This document shows positions 53,885 through 64,000 of a stretch of 64,000 bases of DNA, one piece after another. This DNA is from Tubiluchus corallicola (Eukaryota; Animalia; Priapulida): the NCBI GenBank assembly GCA_030141605.1, contig JAQGDQ010000534.1, forward strand, positions 62,001 to 126,000, read 5' to 3'. A model generated the notes under the pieces. It had not been told where the DNA came from. It did no database searches and worked only from the letters and a program-made list of their open reading frames with translations. Positions within the stretch are counted from its first letter, which is position 1. The number at the start of each line of letters is the position of its first letter. A program made the position numbers and the translations under genes.

Positions 53885-56230
53885 TTATTATTATTATAAC
53901 TCTATTTTATTATATGTATTAACATAAATACATACATAATATACATAAATTCCCTCTATTTGCAGGGACCAGCATGAGTATTATTATAATAAGGTAGAAA
54001 ATAATTACAATTATCCGTTTTAATATCACTGGTGACTATGATAACAGTAAAACACTTATATACAAAAACATATCAACAACTACAAGCAACATAGCTAGAT
54101 TTACATTTAAATTTATATTTACCTAATTTTATAAATAACTCTTACTTTTATATTTTCATTGACGGGTAGCAATCTAAGTATTATAAAATGACAGTAACTG
54201 GACTTCACATTTTTAAAAATAAACTCCATGTTTTTTCGGCTACATTTTCCTCTTTAGCATTTTCAACAATTTCTACAAACGCATTAATAGCATTTCTACT
54301 TCTTATTCTGTAGATATCCTTAAGTTGCTTAGATGGGAGTGCAGTTTCAAGTTTCCTTCTGAGTTCGTCTTTTATTAGAGGACAGTTAAAAATTGTATGT
54401 TCTGGCGTTTGGCTGTTTGCATTGCATTTACACATATCAGTTTCTATCAGACCGATTCTATTGCTAAACACATTACAACCTCTTCCTAATAATAAGTTGA
54501 AAGCAATGGTTTCAATAACACGTTCATTTCTTGCTATTTGCAGATCTAAAGGTTTTGCGCAAACTTTAACTTCTTCAAAAGGGTTTCCAGCTAACTGGTT
54601 GCAATGCAACAGTTTTCTTTTCCATAGAAACTCTAAGAATGTGTATTTTAGATTGTCTTGTGGAATTGACTGTAACATTTCATTTCGATTTGCGTTTAGA
54701 CCTTTAATGGTTTTTAAGAATAATCTAGTCTTATTTAGGTGTTCTGCCAGGAAATGGTTGCAATATTCAGCACTGATGTAATTCACATCTGCTTTAATTA
54801 GTTCTTTTCTGACTAAGTCATCTGCAGGTAAAGTAAGTAATTTCAAAACTGACTTAACAGATAAAACAGAATAAATAACATCCATTGATGGTAGTCCTGC
54901 AATTAATTCAGTTTCAATTTTTTGGGGATTAAAACCTACTCCTGTTGCCATTTTTAACACATCATATAGTATATCGTCAAAAGCCGTGATGTTCTTTGCT
55001 AACCAAGCTATCGAGGCGTACAAAATCATTGGAAGTACCATGATATTAAAAAGTCTCAAAATTGTCTTCATATGCAAACCTTTGTGCCGGAAACAAAATT
55101 GCTTTATCTGGTCCCATGTTTTCCACGCCTTTTTCCTGGTATCTAGCACATGAGCGTTAAAATTTAATTAATTGTCCACTGTGACACCCAGCACTTTGCA
55201 TTTTCTTACATACTCAATAGGATTATTTCCAAATTTGAGGTTTGGTGGGTCCGGTTCCCAATTCAAAATTTTTGAGTTCTTGTACAAAATGGCTTCAGTT
55301 TTGTTTTTGGCACAGTTTATGTTCATCCGCACCACATCTTACACCAAGTGTACAGTTTATCACAACATTTTTGGGCTTTTAAATAACATTCATATTTTGT
55401 GTCTGCTGTGATTAACAAAGAACCATCATCTGCATATTTAAATTTTTCGCAGCTTACTTCATCATCTATTGATTGAAACATGTCAATAACATACAACAAA
55501 AACAGTAATGGTGACAAAACGGAACCTTGTGGGAGACCCAACTGACAATTGTACTTTGGAGATGTATGACCATTAATACGTAAAACAATATTCCTATTTT
55601 TTAAAAATGTACTAATAAGACACAACATGTTTCCTTTAATACCATATTGATACAACTTGTACAATAGCCCATTTATCCAAACACTAGCGAAGTCGCAAAG
55701 AATTGCAATGCAGCTTGTTTCAAGCAAATTTGTTCTAGTCAGGTTATAAATAAGCCTGACCAAGTAGCGTACTGTACTGTGTCTGGCCTGAAGCCTTCTT
55801 GCTCATCATCAATAATGTCATATGCATTGCAAAATTGTCTTACACGATTTTCAAGAAGCTTTTCTGCTAGTTTTTCATAGTAGGAGGTAATGCTAATAGG
55901 TCTATAATTATTAGGGTCACTATAATCGGACTTGCCATTCTTTTTAATAAATGTAACCTTTGAGTCATTCCATGGCCAAATATTGCTGTCTAAACAAATG
56001 TTGACTATATTGAGAAAAGTGGCTTTAGCCCAAAATCCCAACTTCTTTATCATTAGAGGGTGAAATCCATGAATGTCTATGGTCTTGTTGTTTGTTTTAA
56101 CACTTTTTATCGCAATATTTAGTTCCCTCGTGTTAAACCTATCATTAAGCCATGTATGCTCCACAATTATTTGTTGATCAATTTGTTGGCCAACAATTTC
56201 CTCGATGTCTTCAAACCATGTAATCTTTAC
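53885..56230 (-). mobile_element. 5'-truncated LINE of the same lineage as the 48960-53445 element (RT + CCHC)
   Basis: HGFHPLMIK, NYRPISI, GLPQGSVLSP, YADD, CKC...EHTIFNC; 3'UTR motif cctct(a/t)tttgcagg shared with its neighbour. Confidence 0.9.
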
Positions 56231-56555
56231 CCTGCAGTTTTAGACTTTCTATTTCGTTACTGGATTTAGTAAGGGCACACAGTGGTGGCTCGTGTAACGT
56301 AATAAGCCTTTTTTTCTTTCTTTACAATTGCACGGTCCAGAGCACGTGAGGGTAATACTGCTTGCTTCACAGCCCAGCACAGTGAACTCACAGCTCAGGC
56401 AATGTGATGTCTGGCTGTTGTGTGCATGCACACATATCTCAGATAACACACTGCGCTTTAGGTAGAAAAAGTCCTGTCACTCACGCAGTGCAGTGATAAA
56501 TATACTCTATACACCTCTAAATAAACAGTATCTATACAAGAGTAAAGCTAGCTAC

Positions 56556-64000
<7,445 letters not shown>

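Overview
Eukaryotic, AT-rich, repeat-dense animal DNA, most likely from a non-insect invertebrate (inferred from a DSCAM tail resembling the vertebrate one and TTAGGG-type repeats). Four blocks: (1) ~110-12760: 12 tandem ~0.8-1.35 kb units, each with a fragment of a Mab-21/cGAS-like (cGLR) nucleotidyltransferase plus 2-7 nested 114-bp copies of its catalytic GS..EFD segment. The array abuts, in inverted orientation and with almost no spacer, (2) a minus-strand ankyrin-repeat + truncated cGLR gene or pseudogene (12745-14305). (3) The 3' half of a Dscam gene (21 phase-compatible exons, FN3-2 to C-terminal YTIV, minus strand, 46399-19506), with introns full of MITEs and LINE fragments. (4) A cluster of LINEs between (AG)n microsatellites (46.6-56.2 kb), then six exons of an ADAMTS7/12-like gene (minus strand, 56556->64000). 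The ADAMTS 3' half and the Dscam 5' half are both missing, and the facing exons are splice-phase compatible: either a chimeric gene or a rearrangement/misassembly. All exon boundaries were read by eye from GT/AG sites and reading phase.
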